64,000 nucleotides of DNA from Burkholderiaceae bacterium (GTDB taxonomy: Bacteria > Pseudomonadota > Gammaproteobacteria > Burkholderiales > Burkholderiaceae_C), in NCBI GenBank assembly GCA_039920745.1, contig JBDSDD010000049.1:1524-65523 (forward strand), given 5' to 3'. This document shows positions 32,378-45,508 of this stretch, one piece after another (position 1 is the first letter of the stretch; the number at the start of each line of letters is the position of its first letter). The notes under the pieces are model-generated. The model did no database searches. It was given only the letters and a program-made list of their open reading frames with translations, and was not told the origin of the DNA. The position numbers and the translations under genes are program-made.

Positions 32378-33232
32378 ATGGCCGGCTTGAAACCCTGGAC
32401 GCTGCACGGCGGCGTCGCCGTGATCACCGGCGCCGCCAGCGGCATCGGCGCGGCGCTGGCCGTCAACCTGGCGCGGCGCGGCATGCACCTCGCGCTGGTC
32501 GACCTGAACGCGGCCGGCCTCGAGGCGACCGCGCGCCAGGTCAAGCAAGCGGGCGTCAACGTCAGCACGCACGTGATGGACGTCGCCGACCACGCGGCCG
32601 TCGCGGCGCTGCCCGCGGCCGTGCTGGCCGCGCACGGGCGCGTCAGCGTGCTGGTCAACAACGCGGGCGTCGCGCTCGGCGGACTGTTCGAGCACGTGGA
32701 CGCCGAGGACTTCGACTGGCTGATGAACATCAACTTCGGCGCCACCGTGCGCCTGACGCGCGCGTTCCTGCCGGTGCTGGCACGCGAAAGCGCGGCGCAA
32801 CTGGTCAATGTGTCCAGCATCTTCGGCATCATCGCGCCGCCCGGGCAGACGGCGTACGCCGCGTCCAAGTTCGCGGTGCGCGGCTTCTCGGAGTCGCTGC
32901 GTCACGAGTTCGAAATGACCGGCTCGCCCATCGGCGTCACCATCGTCCATCCGGGCGGCGTGCGCACGGCGATCTCCGAGAACGCGCGACTCGCCAAGGG
33001 ACTCGACAGCGCCGAGGTGGAACGCGAGCGCGCCAACTGGCGCAGCCTGCTGGCGCTGGATCCAGCCCGAGCGGCCGAGATCATCGCCGCGGCCATCGCC
33101 AGGCGCGCGCCGCGCGTACTGGTGGGCAGCGACGCGAAGGGCGCGGCCATCGTGCAGTGGCTGTTCCCGGTGACCTACTGGAAGCACGTCGCGCGCGACA
33201 TCGCGCGCCGGGTCAAGCGCCAGCCGGCCTGA
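32378..33232 (+). CDS. Short-chain dehydrogenase/reductase
   Basis: VITGAASGIG, NNAG, YAASK. Confidence 0.92.
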   Translation: MAGLKPWTLHGGVAVITGAASGIGAALAVNLARRGMHLALVDLNAAGLEATARQVKQAGVNVSTHVMDVADHAAVAALPAAVLAAHGRVSVLVNNAGVALGGLFEHVDAEDFDWLMNINFGATVRLTRAFLPVLARESAAQLVNVSSIFGIIAPPGQTAYAASKFAVRGFSESLRHEFEMTGSPIGVTIVHPGGVRTAISENARLAKGLDSAEVERERANWRSLLALDPARAAEIIAAAIARRAPRVLVGSDAKGAAIVQWLFPVTYWKHVARDIARRVKRQPA

Positions 33233-33245
33233 ACAGGAACACGAC

Positions 33246-35660
<2,415 letters not shown>

Positions 35661-36788
35661 CCTCGGGATGGACCTGGCGGCCCGTGCGGCGATCGAACAG
35701 GCCCATGCTGTGGTTCTCGCTTGGCGCGCCGGCGTCCCAGTAGATCGGCACCACGCCGTGCGTCCAGGCCGAATGCGCGACGTAGCGGTCCCAGTCCAGC
35801 ACGAAGGCCTCCGAGCCGGGATGCTCGGCCCGGCGCATCGCGCCGAACTCGCCCAGGATGACGGGCACGCCCCGGTCGACGAAGCGCGACTTGAGCTTGG
35901 CGAACTGCGCGTCGACATGCGCCTCATCGGCCCAGGTTTCGGTCGCCGCCTTGTCGGTGGCCGACGCGCCCCACTGCCAGGCCTTGCCGTCGCCGTTGAT
36001 CGTGAAATCGTACGGGTCGTAGTAGTGCACCTCCAGCATCAGCCGGTTCACGGCGGAGTCCGTCGGCAGCGTCGCGAAGTTCACCGCGTGGTCGATGTTG
36101 GTGTTGAAGGCCTGGACGACCAGGTGGCGCGTCGCGTTGCAGCCACCGGTCGCGCGCACCGCATCGACGAAGACCTGGTTGAAGCCGCTCTGCACCGCGA
36201 TGTTCTCGGGCTTGGGCATGCCGTAGTCGCCCTCTACCATGACCTCGTTGGTGCCCGCGAACAACAACATGTCGTCATGATCGCGGAAATGCGTCGCGAT
36301 CTGCGTCCAGAACCTTGCCAGCCGTGCATCGGCCACGCGCTCGCGGGACTTGACCGGCTGCAGCCATCCGCCGTCCCAGTGGACGTTCAACACGACAACC
36401 AAGCCGGCGCGACGCGCGTCGTCCACCACCTGGGTCACGCGCGACAACCACTGCGGGTCGATGTCGTCGCGGGCGTTGGCGTACTGCTTCCAGGACACCG
36501 GAATGCGCACGGTCCTGAAGCCTGCGGACCTGATGGCATCCATCAGCACCTGGCTCGCCCGCGGATTGCCCCATGCGGTCTCGCCGCCGGTCGCCTCGAG
36601 CGAGTTGCCGAGATTCCAGCCGGCGCCCATCAGCCGCGACAGTTGCAGGCTCGTGAGCTCGCGCATGCCGGGCACGCAGGCGTGCACATCGGCCGCCACG
36701 CGCCCAGGGGCCAGCACAGGCGCTGGCACCTCGGCGCAGGACGCCAGGGCCAGCGCCATGCAGAACCGGGTGGCGTGACGCTTCATCA

Positions 36789-38399
36789 TCAGGCGATGTT
36801 TTGCAGGCTCAGGAGCACCACGTCGTGGCTGCGCAGCGCGATCGACAGCGTGACGCTGCCGGACCCGCCGACGCGAATCTCGCGCTGCATTTCCGGCGTG
36901 TCCGTCGTCAAGGCCTGCAGCTCGGACAGTTGGCGTGCGTCCAGATCCTTGGGGGAGTTCATGCGCAAGTAAGCGCTGTGCGCATCGTTGGCCTGGTAAC
37001 CCGTGCGGTGCTGGCTCAGCCGATAGCGACCAGGCGCCAGGTGGCGCAGCTGCACCTGCACCGAGCCGACGTCGTGCGCAGGTTGCGGCTTGCCGAAGAA
37101 GGACCGGTTGCTGGCCTTCTGGTCCGGATTGCGCCAGTCCCAGACCAGCGCCTGCACCTGCCGGCCGTCAGTCGCGGCCCATGAGAACGGATCGGTGCAA
37201 GGTACTTCGCGGCCGCGCACCGACGCCAGCGCCGCCAGGTACTTGTAGGCGAACCACACGGGCTTGCGCAGGCCTTCTCGCGTCATCATCCCGAACCCGC
37301 CTTCGAACGGCGCGGTGGGCGGGCCCGGCTCCTCGAACAGGTCACTGTAGGTCCAGTAGCTCATCGACTGCGCGAGCCCCTGGCTCTGGCGCAGCTTGGT
37401 GAGCACGTAGGCGGCGCTCATGTAGCTGTCGTGCACCTTGTCGCGCGGGTTGTAGCTGGTGCTCCACTCGGTGAAGAACAGCGGCAGGCCCGGCAGGTGC
37501 GAGCGCTCGATCTGCTCGCGCACCCGCCGCACGTCGCCGACGATGGCGTCGGGTGACGGAGACAGTTGCCGGTCCTCGACGCCGAACTCGTCGAGGAACC
37601 CGCCATCCACGCCGTACGCGTGCGTGGTGACGAAGTCGACTGGCGTGTCGGTGGCCTTGGCATGCGCGAGGAACTCCGGCACCCAGGCCGCGCCCGCCGT
37701 CGACGGGCCGCCGATGCGCAATTGCGGGTCGATCGCCTTCATTGCCCTGGCGGTGCGCGTGTAGAGATCGAAGTAGGCCGCCTGGTCGGCCTTCTCCCAG
37801 AAGCCGTCGAGATTGGGTTCGTTCCAGACCTCGAAGTACCACTGCCGCACCTCTGCCGCGCCGTAGCGCTCCAGCAGGTGGCGCGTGAAAGCGTCGATCA
37901 GCGCGACCCAGCCGGCGGGCTCGGGGTGCGAGGTGTTGCCTTCCCAGTAGAAGATCTTGAGTGGCGAGGTGGCCAGCGCCAGCGGCGTGAAGCCGAGCTC
38001 CACCAGCGGCCGGATGCGGCGGGCAAGCAGCGCGTCGTAGAGCGCGTCGATGCCGCTGAAGTCGAACACCAGCTGGCCGTCCACGCGGCGAACGGTCTTG
38101 AGCACGTCGTGGAAGATGGCGTGGAAGCGCAGGTAGCGGAAGCCCAGTTCGTCGACGGCGGTCTTCAACTGGGCCAGGCTGTCGTCGCGGCGAAGGGTGC
38201 CGGGGTAGTCGGAGCCCACGCAATGGTCGAAGAAGCGATCGAACGGCTGGCGGGCCTGCGACAGGTCGAGCACGATGCGGCGCGTGGTCTGGTCATCCAT
38301 GGTCTTGGGGTGCGGGGCGCCCCACGTGGTGCAGGTGAGCGGCAGTGCCGCGGAGGCCGCCAGGATCTGGCGACGGCGAAGCTGTCGGGAAGGGATCAC
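36789..38399 (-). CDS. GH39 beta-xylosidase, Tat signal
   Basis: LRRRQIL signal; YLRFHAIFHD, FEVWNEPN, FVTTHAY, FTEW, SYW. GTG start overlaps the upstream stop. Confidence 0.88.
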   Translation of the reverse strand: MIPSRQLRRRQILAASAALPLTCTTWGAPHPKTMDDQTTRRIVLDLSQARQPFDRFFDHCVGSDYPGTLRRDDSLAQLKTAVDELGFRYLRFHAIFHDVLKTVRRVDGQLVFDFSGIDALYDALLARRIRPLVELGFTPLALATSPLKIFYWEGNTSHPEPAGWVALIDAFTRHLLERYGAAEVRQWYFEVWNEPNLDGFWEKADQAAYFDLYTRTARAMKAIDPQLRIGGPSTAGAAWVPEFLAHAKATDTPVDFVTTHAYGVDGGFLDEFGVEDRQLSPSPDAIVGDVRRVREQIERSHLPGLPLFFTEWSTSYNPRDKVHDSYMSAAYVLTKLRQSQGLAQSMSYWTYSDLFEEPGPPTAPFEGGFGMMTREGLRKPVWFAYKYLAALASVRGREVPCTDPFSWAATDGRQVQALVWDWRNPDQKASNRSFFGKPQPAHDVGSVQVQLRHLAPGRYRLSQHRTGYQANDAHSAYLRMNSPKDLDARQLSELQALTTDTPEMQREIRVGGSGSVTLSIALRSHDVVLLSLQNIA

Positions 38400-39988
38400 G
38401 CGAGTCCTCTGTAAGTGAAGTTGCGCGCGCGGATCTCGCCGGCTCCGGCGCTGAACAAGGCGATCCTCAGGCTCGTGAAGCCGCCGAACACGTTGTGGTG
38501 CAGGCCCGAAACCTCCATCTGCCACGGGTGCTGCGTCCAGGTGCGGCCGTCGTGCGAATGACTGAACGTCAGCACGTTCTCGCGATTGACGAGGCGGATG
38601 TGCACGCACCGCGTCTGCATGGCCTGGCGCATCCAGACGTGCTCCTGGCCGTAGCCGTAGGTGAGCATCTGGGTGCTGCTGAAGCCGATGCCCGCATGGC
38701 CGCGCTCGTCGTAGAACAGCGCGAGGCCGCCGTGGCCGTCGCCGCGGATCTCCAGTTCGACCGCGGCCTCGTAGCTGCGGTCGCCCACCACGCAGGTCAG
38801 CGGCGAGCAATCGGCCAGCGCCTGGCCTTTGCCGCGCAACACGAGGCTGGCATCCTCGAAGCGCATGCGCGCGGCGTCGTCAGGGCCGGGCGCGTGCAGG
38901 CTCCATTGCAGGCCCATCGGCCCGTGCGCGAAGTCGTCGGACAGCGCCTGGCCCGACGGGCGCGGTGCGCCACCGCGTGGCTTGGGCAGCGGACGATCCA
39001 GCGTGCCGCCGCGGGCGCGCAGCCAGCCGTCATCGGTCCACGCCACGGGCTCGAGCAGCGCCTGGCGGCCCAGCGTGCGCATGCCGTTCTCGTAGCCGTG
39101 ATAGACCATCCACCAGTCGCCGGCCGGGCCTTCGACGAGGCTCGCGTGGCCGCGCGACCACCAGGGCTCCTCGACGCTGCGGGTGCGCACGATGGGGTTG
39201 TGCGGGCAGTGCGTCCACGGCCCGTGCACCGAGCGCGACCGCGCCAGCGTGACCATGTGGCTGGTGGGCGGGCCGGCGGTGCCGCCCACCGCCGACAGGA
39301 GGTAGAACCAGTCGCCGCGGCGCAGCAGCTTGGGGCCTTCCGGCGCGAACATCTCGACCACCCAGTCAGCCGGGTACTGCCAGGGCGTCCAGGCGTTGTT
39401 CTCCACCGGCCCATCCGTGGCGAGGCCGTCGTCGGTGAGGCGCACGCGTCGCCCGCCGTTGACGAACAGGTAGCGCCGGCCGTCCTCGCCCAGCACGTGG
39501 CCGGGGTCGATGCAGCCGGGAACGCGCAGGTTCACGGGCTCGCTCCAAGGCCCCCGGATGGCGTCGGCATGAACGACGTGGATGCCCGTTCCGCCATCGC
39601 CCAGCACGGGGATGTAGAGGAAGAAGCGGCCGCCGTGCTTGACCAGGTCCATGGCCCAGACCGTGCCGATCGGGCGGGTCAGCGCGGCGCAGATCGGGGC
39701 CCAGTTGACGAGGTCCTGCGAATGCCAGATGACCGCGCCCGGACAGGCCTGGAACGACGAGAACGTCATGTAGTAGTCGGCACCGTCCTTCAGGATGGTG
39801 GGATCGGCGTGGTCACCCGCAACGATCGGGTTGAGGTAGCGGCCGTCGCCGAGGTCGGCGCGACGCTGGCCCTCGGGCCCGGGCGCGCGGACGCGCGACG
39901 CGGGCGCGACAGCCTCCGCGCGCGCAGTCGCAAAGCCGTTGGCAACGGCCCCTGCCAGGGCCACCTTGAATGCCCGACGTGTCCACAT
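38396..39988 (-). CDS. GH43 beta-xylosidase/arabinofuranosidase with C-terminal beta-sandwich, Tat signal
   Basis: TRRAF signal; GDHADPTI, WHSQDLVNW, IDP, PEGP, GHASLV. Confidence 0.9.
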   Translation of the reverse strand: MWTRRAFKVALAGAVANGFATARAEAVAPASRVRAPGPEGQRRADLGDGRYLNPIVAGDHADPTILKDGADYYMTFSSFQACPGAVIWHSQDLVNWAPICAALTRPIGTVWAMDLVKHGGRFFLYIPVLGDGGTGIHVVHADAIRGPWSEPVNLRVPGCIDPGHVLGEDGRRYLFVNGGRRVRLTDDGLATDGPVENNAWTPWQYPADWVVEMFAPEGPKLLRRGDWFYLLSAVGGTAGPPTSHMVTLARSRSVHGPWTHCPHNPIVRTRSVEEPWWSRGHASLVEGPAGDWWMVYHGYENGMRTLGRQALLEPVAWTDDGWLRARGGTLDRPLPKPRGGAPRPSGQALSDDFAHGPMGLQWSLHAPGPDDAARMRFEDASLVLRGKGQALADCSPLTCVVGDRSYEAAVELEIRGDGHGGLALFYDERGHAGIGFSSTQMLTYGYGQEHVWMRQAMQTRCVHIRLVNRENVLTFSHSHDGRTWTQHPWQMEVSGLHHNVFGGFTSLRIALFSAGAGEIRARNFTYRGLA

Positions 39989-40048
39989 CGTTGTCTCCGA
40001 AGTCGTTCTGGTGCCGGAACGCGTGACGGAGTCGCCCGCACCGCCACC

Positions 40049-40075
40049 TAGTTAGTTTGATCGCTGCACTAATTA
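40049..40075. promoter_or_regulatory. AT-rich imperfect inverted repeat, candidate sugar-repressor operator
   Basis: TAGTTAGT-N11-ACTAATTA (7/8 symmetric) upstream of the GH43-GH39-GH5 operon. Confidence 0.45.
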
Positions 40076-40139
40076 TTGAACAGCGTGCAACTACCAATTG
40101 CCGGGGCGGGCGGAGAACGCGGGAGACAAGACGGAAGCC

Positions 40140-40664
40140 TCAGTCGGAGCCGTGCATCTCCACGTGCACCAGTTCGAACTTGGACCCGCTTGGCGTGGGC
40201 GTCACCTTGAACACGCGTTGGGCCCGGTTGATGCCCACCTTGAACAGGCGGCCGCCGGCCTCGACGCTGTCGTCGTCGCAGGTGACGGGCTTGTCCTGGT
40301 TGTTCTTGTCGTCGTGATGGCGATCGGACCTGGCGCGCACGCCAGTGCAATCGAGCACTGGCCCGTACGGGCGCATCGCGTCGCGGTAGAAGGCAGCGAC
40401 GGCGTCGACACTGTCGGCGCTGCGATAGCTGGCGACGGCCAGCTTGAAGCCGAAGGCCTGGCCCCAGATGCCGAACGAGAAGCCCGCCGAGTCGCGGCCC
40501 GAGTCGGAGTTCTTGATCGCGCCGGGGTAGATCGGCAGGCCGACGTCCTTGGCGTCGGCGTCGGCGTGGATGTCGAGTCCGCCGGCCTGGCTGGCGCTGG
40601 CGGCCAGGGCGACGGCGAACGCGGCGAGCACATGGCGCGGTCTCGGGAAACACAAGGCGGTCAT
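40140..40664 (-). CDS. Secreted hypothetical protein
   Basis: Signal peptide ending ASQA; GLPIYPGA motif; two Cys; codon pattern typical of this genome. Confidence 0.75.
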   Translation of the reverse strand: MTALCFPRPRHVLAAFAVALAASASQAGGLDIHADADAKDVGLPIYPGAIKNSDSGRDSAGFSFGIWGQAFGFKLAVASYRSADSVDAVAAFYRDAMRPYGPVLDCTGVRARSDRHHDDKNNQDKPVTCDDDSVEAGGRLFKVGINRAQRVFKVTPTPSGSKFELVHVEMHGSD

Positions 40665-40855
40665 CGGAATCTCCAGTTGCAGCGCGCAGCATAGGAAACG
40701 GCCGGGCGCATGGCGATGCAACTGCGACGAACCGGCGCGCCCCACCGACGATCTGCAGCCGCGCTCGACGAACGGCGCGCACCTTTGACCCCGGCCGAGC
40801 ACGGCCTCTGCGCTTGCGTTGCAATGGCCGGACGTCGACCCCCGCCGGAGTGCCC

Positions 40856-41971
40856 ATGCCCGCCCTGTTCCAGCCCCTGAAGATCGGCTCTCTCGAGCTC
40901 GAGAACCGCATCGTCATCGCACCGATGTGCCAGTACTCGGCGGTCGATGGCAGCGCCACCGACTGGCACGCGATCCACCTGGGCCACCTGGCGTTGTCGG
41001 GCGCAGCGCTGCTGATCATCGAGGCCACGGCCGTGACAGCGCGGGGCCGCATCACGCCCACGGATCTGGGCCTGTACTCGGACGCCAACGAAGCCGCGCT
41101 GGCCCGCGTGCTGGCCGTGGTGCGCGGGCAGTCGGCCATGCCCATCGGCATTCAACTCGCGCACGCCGGGCGCAAGGCGTCCAGCCGCGCGCCGTGGGAC
41201 GGCGGCCAGCAGATCCCCTCGCCCGACGCGGACGGCTGGGTCGCCGAGGCGCCGTCGGCGCTGCCGCATTCGCCCGGCGAGGAGCCGCCACGCGCGCTCG
41301 ACGCGGCCGGGCTCGCGCGCGTGCGTGACGCATTCGCGCTCGCGGCCTTGCGCGCGGCACGCCTGGGCATCGACGCGATCGAGCTCCACGCGGCGCACGG
41401 CTACCTGCTGCACGAGTTCCTGTCGCCGCTCGCCAACCAGCGCGACGACGCGTACGGCGGCAGCCTCGAGAACCGCATGCGCTTTCCGCTGGAGGTGTTC
41501 GACGCCGTGCGGGCCGCGTTCCCGGCCGATCGGCCGGTGTGGGTGCGGCTGTCGGCCACCGACTGGGTCGACGGCGGCTGGGACCTGGCCAGCAGCGTCG
41601 CGTTCGCCCAGGCGCTCGCAGCGCGCGGCTGCGCGGCGATCCACGTCAGCACGGGCGGGGTGTCGCCGCAGCAGAAGATCCCGCTGGGCGCCGGCTACCA
41701 GGTGCCGTTCGCCGCGCGCATCAAGGCCGAGACAGGCCTGCCGACAATCGCCGTCGGCCTGATCACCGAACCCGAGCAGGCCGAGACCATCGTCGCCAGC
41801 GGCGAGTCCGATGCCGTCGCCCTGGCCCGCGCGATGCTCTACGACCCGCGCTGGCCCTGGCACGCGGCCGCCAGGCTGGGCGCGCAGGTGCGCGCGCCCA
41901 AGCAGTACTGGCGCTCGCAGCCGCGCGAGTTCAAGGATCTGTTCGAAGGCGCCGCCATCGGGCAGCGATAG
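40856..41971 (+). CDS. NADH:flavin oxidoreductase (Old Yellow Enzyme, YqjM-like)
   Basis: NRIVIAPMCQYS, IQLAHAGRK, HAAHGYLLHEFLSP, YGGSLENR. Confidence 0.92.
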   Translation: MPALFQPLKIGSLELENRIVIAPMCQYSAVDGSATDWHAIHLGHLALSGAALLIIEATAVTARGRITPTDLGLYSDANEAALARVLAVVRGQSAMPIGIQLAHAGRKASSRAPWDGGQQIPSPDADGWVAEAPSALPHSPGEEPPRALDAAGLARVRDAFALAALRAARLGIDAIELHAAHGYLLHEFLSPLANQRDDAYGGSLENRMRFPLEVFDAVRAAFPADRPVWVRLSATDWVDGGWDLASSVAFAQALAARGCAAIHVSTGGVSPQQKIPLGAGYQVPFAARIKAETGLPTIAVGLITEPEQAETIVASGESDAVALARAMLYDPRWPWHAAARLGAQVRAPKQYWRSQPREFKDLFEGAAIGQR

Positions 41972-41974
41972 GCG

Positions 41975-43672
41975 CTATTCGGCCTTCTCGGGCTCGCGAA
42001 ACTCCATCGGCCAGACCTCACCCGGCTGGCGCGCGTTCTCGCGCTGGCGCAGTTCGACGCGGCGGATCTTGCCCGAGAGTGTCTTGGGCAGTTCGCCGAA
42101 CTCGACGATGCGGATCCGCTTGTACGAGGCCAGGCGCGAACGCGCGAACGCGAGGATGGACTGCGCCAGTTCGGGGCTGGGCGAGAAACCGGCGCGCAGG
42201 ATCAGGATCGCCTTGGGCACAGCCAGGCGGATCGGGTCGGGTGACGGGATGACCGCGGCCTCCGCGACGGCTTCGTGCTCGATCAGCACACTCTCGAGCT
42301 CGAACGGGCTGATGCGGTAGTCGGAAGCCTTGAACACGTCATCGGCGCGGCCGATGTAGGTGATGTAGCCGTCCGCGTCGCGCGCGGCGACGTCGCCGGT
42401 GTGATAGTGGCCGTCGCGCATCGCGTCGGACGTGCGCTCATCGTCGTCCTGGTAGCCCAGCATCAGGCCGAGCGGGCGCGGCGCCAGGGTCAACGCGATC
42501 TCGCCTTCCTGCGCGGGCTGGCCGTCGATGTCGAGCAGCGCGACGTCGTAGCCGGGCAGTGGGCGGCCCATCGAGCCGGGCTTGGACTTCTGGCCCGGCG
42601 GATTGCCCACCTGCGCCGTCGTTTCGGTCTGCCCGAAGCCGTCGCGGATCGTGATGCCCCAGGCGCGCTGGACGATGTCGATCACCTCGGGATTGAGCGG
42701 CTCGCCGGCGCCCACCAGCTCGCGCAGCGACGTCTTGTACTTGCCCAGATCCTGCTGCATCAGCATGCGCCACACGGTGGGCGGCGCACACAGCGACGTG
42801 ACCTTGTTCTTCACCAGCACGTCCAGCGCGCTCGGCGCGTTGAAGCGTGCGTAGTTGTAGATGAAGATGGTCGCGCCCGCGTTCCACGGTGCGAACAAGC
42901 AACTCCATGCGTGCTTGGCCCAGCCCGGCGAGCTGATGTTCCAGTGCACGTCGCCGGGCTTCAGGCCGATCCAGTACATGGTCGACAGGTGGCCCACCGG
43001 GTAGCTCTGGTGGCTGTGCAACACCAGCTTGGGCTTGGACGTGGTGCCCGACGTGAAGTACAGGAACAACGGGTCGGTGGCCTGCGTCGCTGCGTCGGGC
43101 GTGAAGACGGACGACTGCTGCGCCGACGCCGCGTAGTCGTGCCAACCGGCCGCCTCGCCGCCCACGACGATGCGCGTGTAGACGCCGGGGAACACGTCGA
43201 ACTTGGCCGTGGCCGAGGCCGTGCAGATGACGTGCTTGACGGCGCCGCGGTCGAAGCGGTCGGTGAGGTCGTCGGTGCTCACCAGCGTGGTGGTGGGCAC
43301 GATCACCGCGCCCAGCTTCATGCAGGCCAGCATGGCCTCCCACAGCGCCACCTCGTTGGGCATCAGCAGCAGCACGCGGTCGCCGCGCGCCACGCCCAGC
43401 GAGCGCAGCCAGTTGGCGACCTGCGCCGAGCGCTCGGCCATGCGCGCGAAGCTGACCTTGTCCTCGCCGCCGTCCTCGTCGACGATCCACAGCGCGGGCG
43501 CGTCGTTGCCGCGGGCCATCGCGTCGAAATGGTCCAGCGCCCAGTTGAACTCGGTCAGTTGCGGCCAACGGAAGTCGCGGTAGGCGGTGGCGTAGTCCTC
43601 GCGATGCTGGAGCAGGAAGTCCCGAGCGCCCAGGAAGGCGGCGACGCCGGTGGTGGTGGAGGATGCGGTCAT
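41975..43672 (-). CDS. AMP-forming acyl-CoA synthetase
   Basis: YFTSGTTSKPK, GFGQTET, YHTGD, GRADDVFK, PKTLSGKIRR. Confidence 0.92.
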   Translation of the reverse strand: MTASSTTTGVAAFLGARDFLLQHREDYATAYRDFRWPQLTEFNWALDHFDAMARGNDAPALWIVDEDGGEDKVSFARMAERSAQVANWLRSLGVARGDRVLLLMPNEVALWEAMLACMKLGAVIVPTTTLVSTDDLTDRFDRGAVKHVICTASATAKFDVFPGVYTRIVVGGEAAGWHDYAASAQQSSVFTPDAATQATDPLFLYFTSGTTSKPKLVLHSHQSYPVGHLSTMYWIGLKPGDVHWNISSPGWAKHAWSCLFAPWNAGATIFIYNYARFNAPSALDVLVKNKVTSLCAPPTVWRMLMQQDLGKYKTSLRELVGAGEPLNPEVIDIVQRAWGITIRDGFGQTETTAQVGNPPGQKSKPGSMGRPLPGYDVALLDIDGQPAQEGEIALTLAPRPLGLMLGYQDDDERTSDAMRDGHYHTGDVAARDADGYITYIGRADDVFKASDYRISPFELESVLIEHEAVAEAAVIPSPDPIRLAVPKAILILRAGFSPSPELAQSILAFARSRLASYKRIRIVEFGELPKTLSGKIRRVELRQRENARQPGEVWPMEFREPEKAE

Positions 43673-43918
43673 GCGAAGTGTCTCCATGCGCCGTCCACCC
43701 GGGTGGCGATGGCGGCGGTTGTCGTGGTCGAAGCGCCGTCACGCGACGCTCGCACAGGAGAGCATAAGGGAGGCGGCCAACGGGCACCTGACGGCGCTCG
43801 CCAGGGAGATTTGCTGGCGCTCGGGAACGAACCCGCGCGGGTGCCGGTGTCCGCGCAGATGTCGCGGCAGTGGAGGGATGCGCGGCCCCGACGTGTCTCG
43901 CGCAGCGCCCTGGGCGCG

Positions 43919-44170
43919 TCAGGCGGCCAGTTGGGCCGGCGCGGCGGGGACGATCGGGATCACGCGGGCGGCGTTGGCGACGCGCCCCTCGGCGAGCGTC
44001 GAGCGGCAGGCGCGGGCCACGTCGAAGGTGTCGTGCGCGCACTCCAGACAGCTGCCGCAGGCGGTGCCCACGCGCAATTCGTCCTGCAGTTCGTCGAACG
44101 AGGCGCAGCCGTGGCGCACTGCGCGCTCGATGTCACGGTCGGACACCCGGTGGCACACGCAGACGATCAC
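43919..44170 (-). CDS. bfd: Bacterioferritin-associated ferredoxin
   Basis: IVCVCHRVSD...VGTACGSC [2Fe-2S] motif; GTG start. Confidence 0.88.
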   Translation of the reverse strand: MIVCVCHRVSDRDIERAVRHGCASFDELQDELRVGTACGSCLECAHDTFDVARACRSTLAEGRVANAARVIPIVPAAPAQLAA

Positions 44171-44252
44171 AGGGCTTGCTCCTGCGCGGCGGCGATCCTG
44201 CTGACGGCGATGGACGACATGCGAGGCGATTCCGTTGGTTGACCCTGACGTA

Positions 44253-44281
44253 ACTATAACGCGAATCGTTCGCATTTGCAA
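44253..44281 (-). promoter_or_regulatory. Sigma70 promoter of bfd overlapped by a Fur box
   Basis: Minus strand TTGCAA-N17-TATAGT; the 19-mer AATGCGAACGATTCGCGTT (44258-44276) resembles the Fur consensus. Confidence 0.72.
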
Positions 44282-44358
44282 AACAGAAAGGCCTGCTTTC
44301 GTGGCGCAGTTCTGGGCCTGGCGCCGCAGATCCCTCTCCTGCTTCCCGCCCCGCAATG

Positions 44359-44384
44359 AAAAAAGCGCAGCCAGGCTGCGCTTT
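44359..44384 (-). terminator. Rho-independent terminator after bfr
   Basis: AAAGCGCAGC-3nt-GCTGCGCTTT hairpin with a T run on the minus strand. Confidence 0.8.
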
Positions 44385-44407
44385 CGGGGTCGCGGAAGGC
44401 GAGGTAC

Positions 44408-44884
44408 CTACTCGATCTCGCCCATCATCGACTGATGGTAGTTCTGCTCGCCAACCTTGGCGGCGACGTCCAACTGCGTCTCGAGGAAGTCGATGTGCTC
44501 CTCGGTGTCGTCGAGGATCTTCTGCAGCAGGTCACGCGAGACATAGTCGCGCACGCTCTCGCAGTGGGCGATGCCGTCCTTGATCGTGGCCTGCGCGCCG
44601 GTCTCGAGCTTGAGGTCGCAGTTCATGCACTCCAGGAGGTTCTCGCCGATCATCAGCTTGCCCAGATCCTGCAGGTTGGGCAGGCCATCGAGCAAGAAGA
44701 TGCGGTCCATGAGCTTGTCGGCGTGCTTCATCTCGCCGATCGACTCCTCGTATTCCTTCTTCGCGATCTTGTCGAGACCCCAGTGCTTGTACATCCGGTA
44801 GTGGACGAAGTACTGGTTGATAGCCGTCAGTTCGTTCTTCAGCTGGGCCTGAAGGTGCGCGATGACCTGGGGGTCGCCTTTCAT
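44408..44884 (-). CDS. bfr: Bacterioferritin
   Basis: MKGDPQVI..L...LKNELTAINQYF.H, EEMKHAD-like GEMKHAD, EEHIDFLETQL. Confidence 0.95.
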   Translation of the reverse strand: MKGDPQVIAHLQAQLKNELTAINQYFVHYRMYKHWGLDKIAKKEYEESIGEMKHADKLMDRIFLLDGLPNLQDLGKLMIGENLLECMNCDLKLETGAQATIKDGIAHCESVRDYVSRDLLQKILDDTEEHIDFLETQLDVAAKVGEQNYHQSMMGEIE

Positions 44885-44959
44885 GCGGAAACTCCTCGCA
44901 ACGCGTGTTCGTCGCAAACGCGCTCATCCTAGCGCGAATGCAACGCCGAACCGCGCCTT

Positions 44960-45508
44960 TCAGTGGCCGCCCGAATCCGCGTTGCGGCTCGATTCGAACA
45001 GGAACCAGGCGCGCCGTTCGGTCTCGTCGATCCAGTTCTCGATGAGGCTGGCGGAGGCGATGTCCTTGTGGTCGTCGCACACGTCGTGCGCGGCGCGCAG
45101 GCTGGCGGCGAGTTGCTGGTTGTCCTGGTGCAACTCGGCCAGCATGTCCAGCGGCGTCACGAACTCGGCGTCGTTGTCGGACACGCGCTGCAGCCTGGCG
45201 ATGTGCCCGATGGACCGCAGCGTCACGCCGCCGAGCTTGCGCACGCGCTCGGCGAGCGGATCGGTCATCGCGTAGAGCTGGTCGCCCTGGTCGTCAAGCA
45301 GCAGGTGATAGTCGCGGAAATGCGGCCCGCTCATGTGCCAGTGGAAGTTCTTGGTCTTCAGGTAGATCGCGAACACGTCGGCCAGGATCGCGTTGAGCGC
45401 GCCGCTGATGTCCTTGGTCGCCTTGGCGCCCAGGTCGGTGGGCGTGGCGATGGCCGCGCCACGACGGCTCTTGGCGGCTGCGGCCTTCTTCGGGGACAGC
45501 GTCTTCAT
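44960..45508 (-). CDS. dps: Dps-family DNA protection protein
   Basis: KTKNFHWHMSGPHFRDYHLLLDDQ, D.LAER, E.ERRAWFL. Confidence 0.9.
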   Translation of the reverse strand: MKTLSPKKAAAAKSRRGAAIATPTDLGAKATKDISGALNAILADVFAIYLKTKNFHWHMSGPHFRDYHLLLDDQGDQLYAMTDPLAERVRKLGGVTLRSIGHIARLQRVSDNDAEFVTPLDMLAELHQDNQQLAASLRAAHDVCDDHKDIASASLIENWIDETERRAWFLFESSRNADSGGH

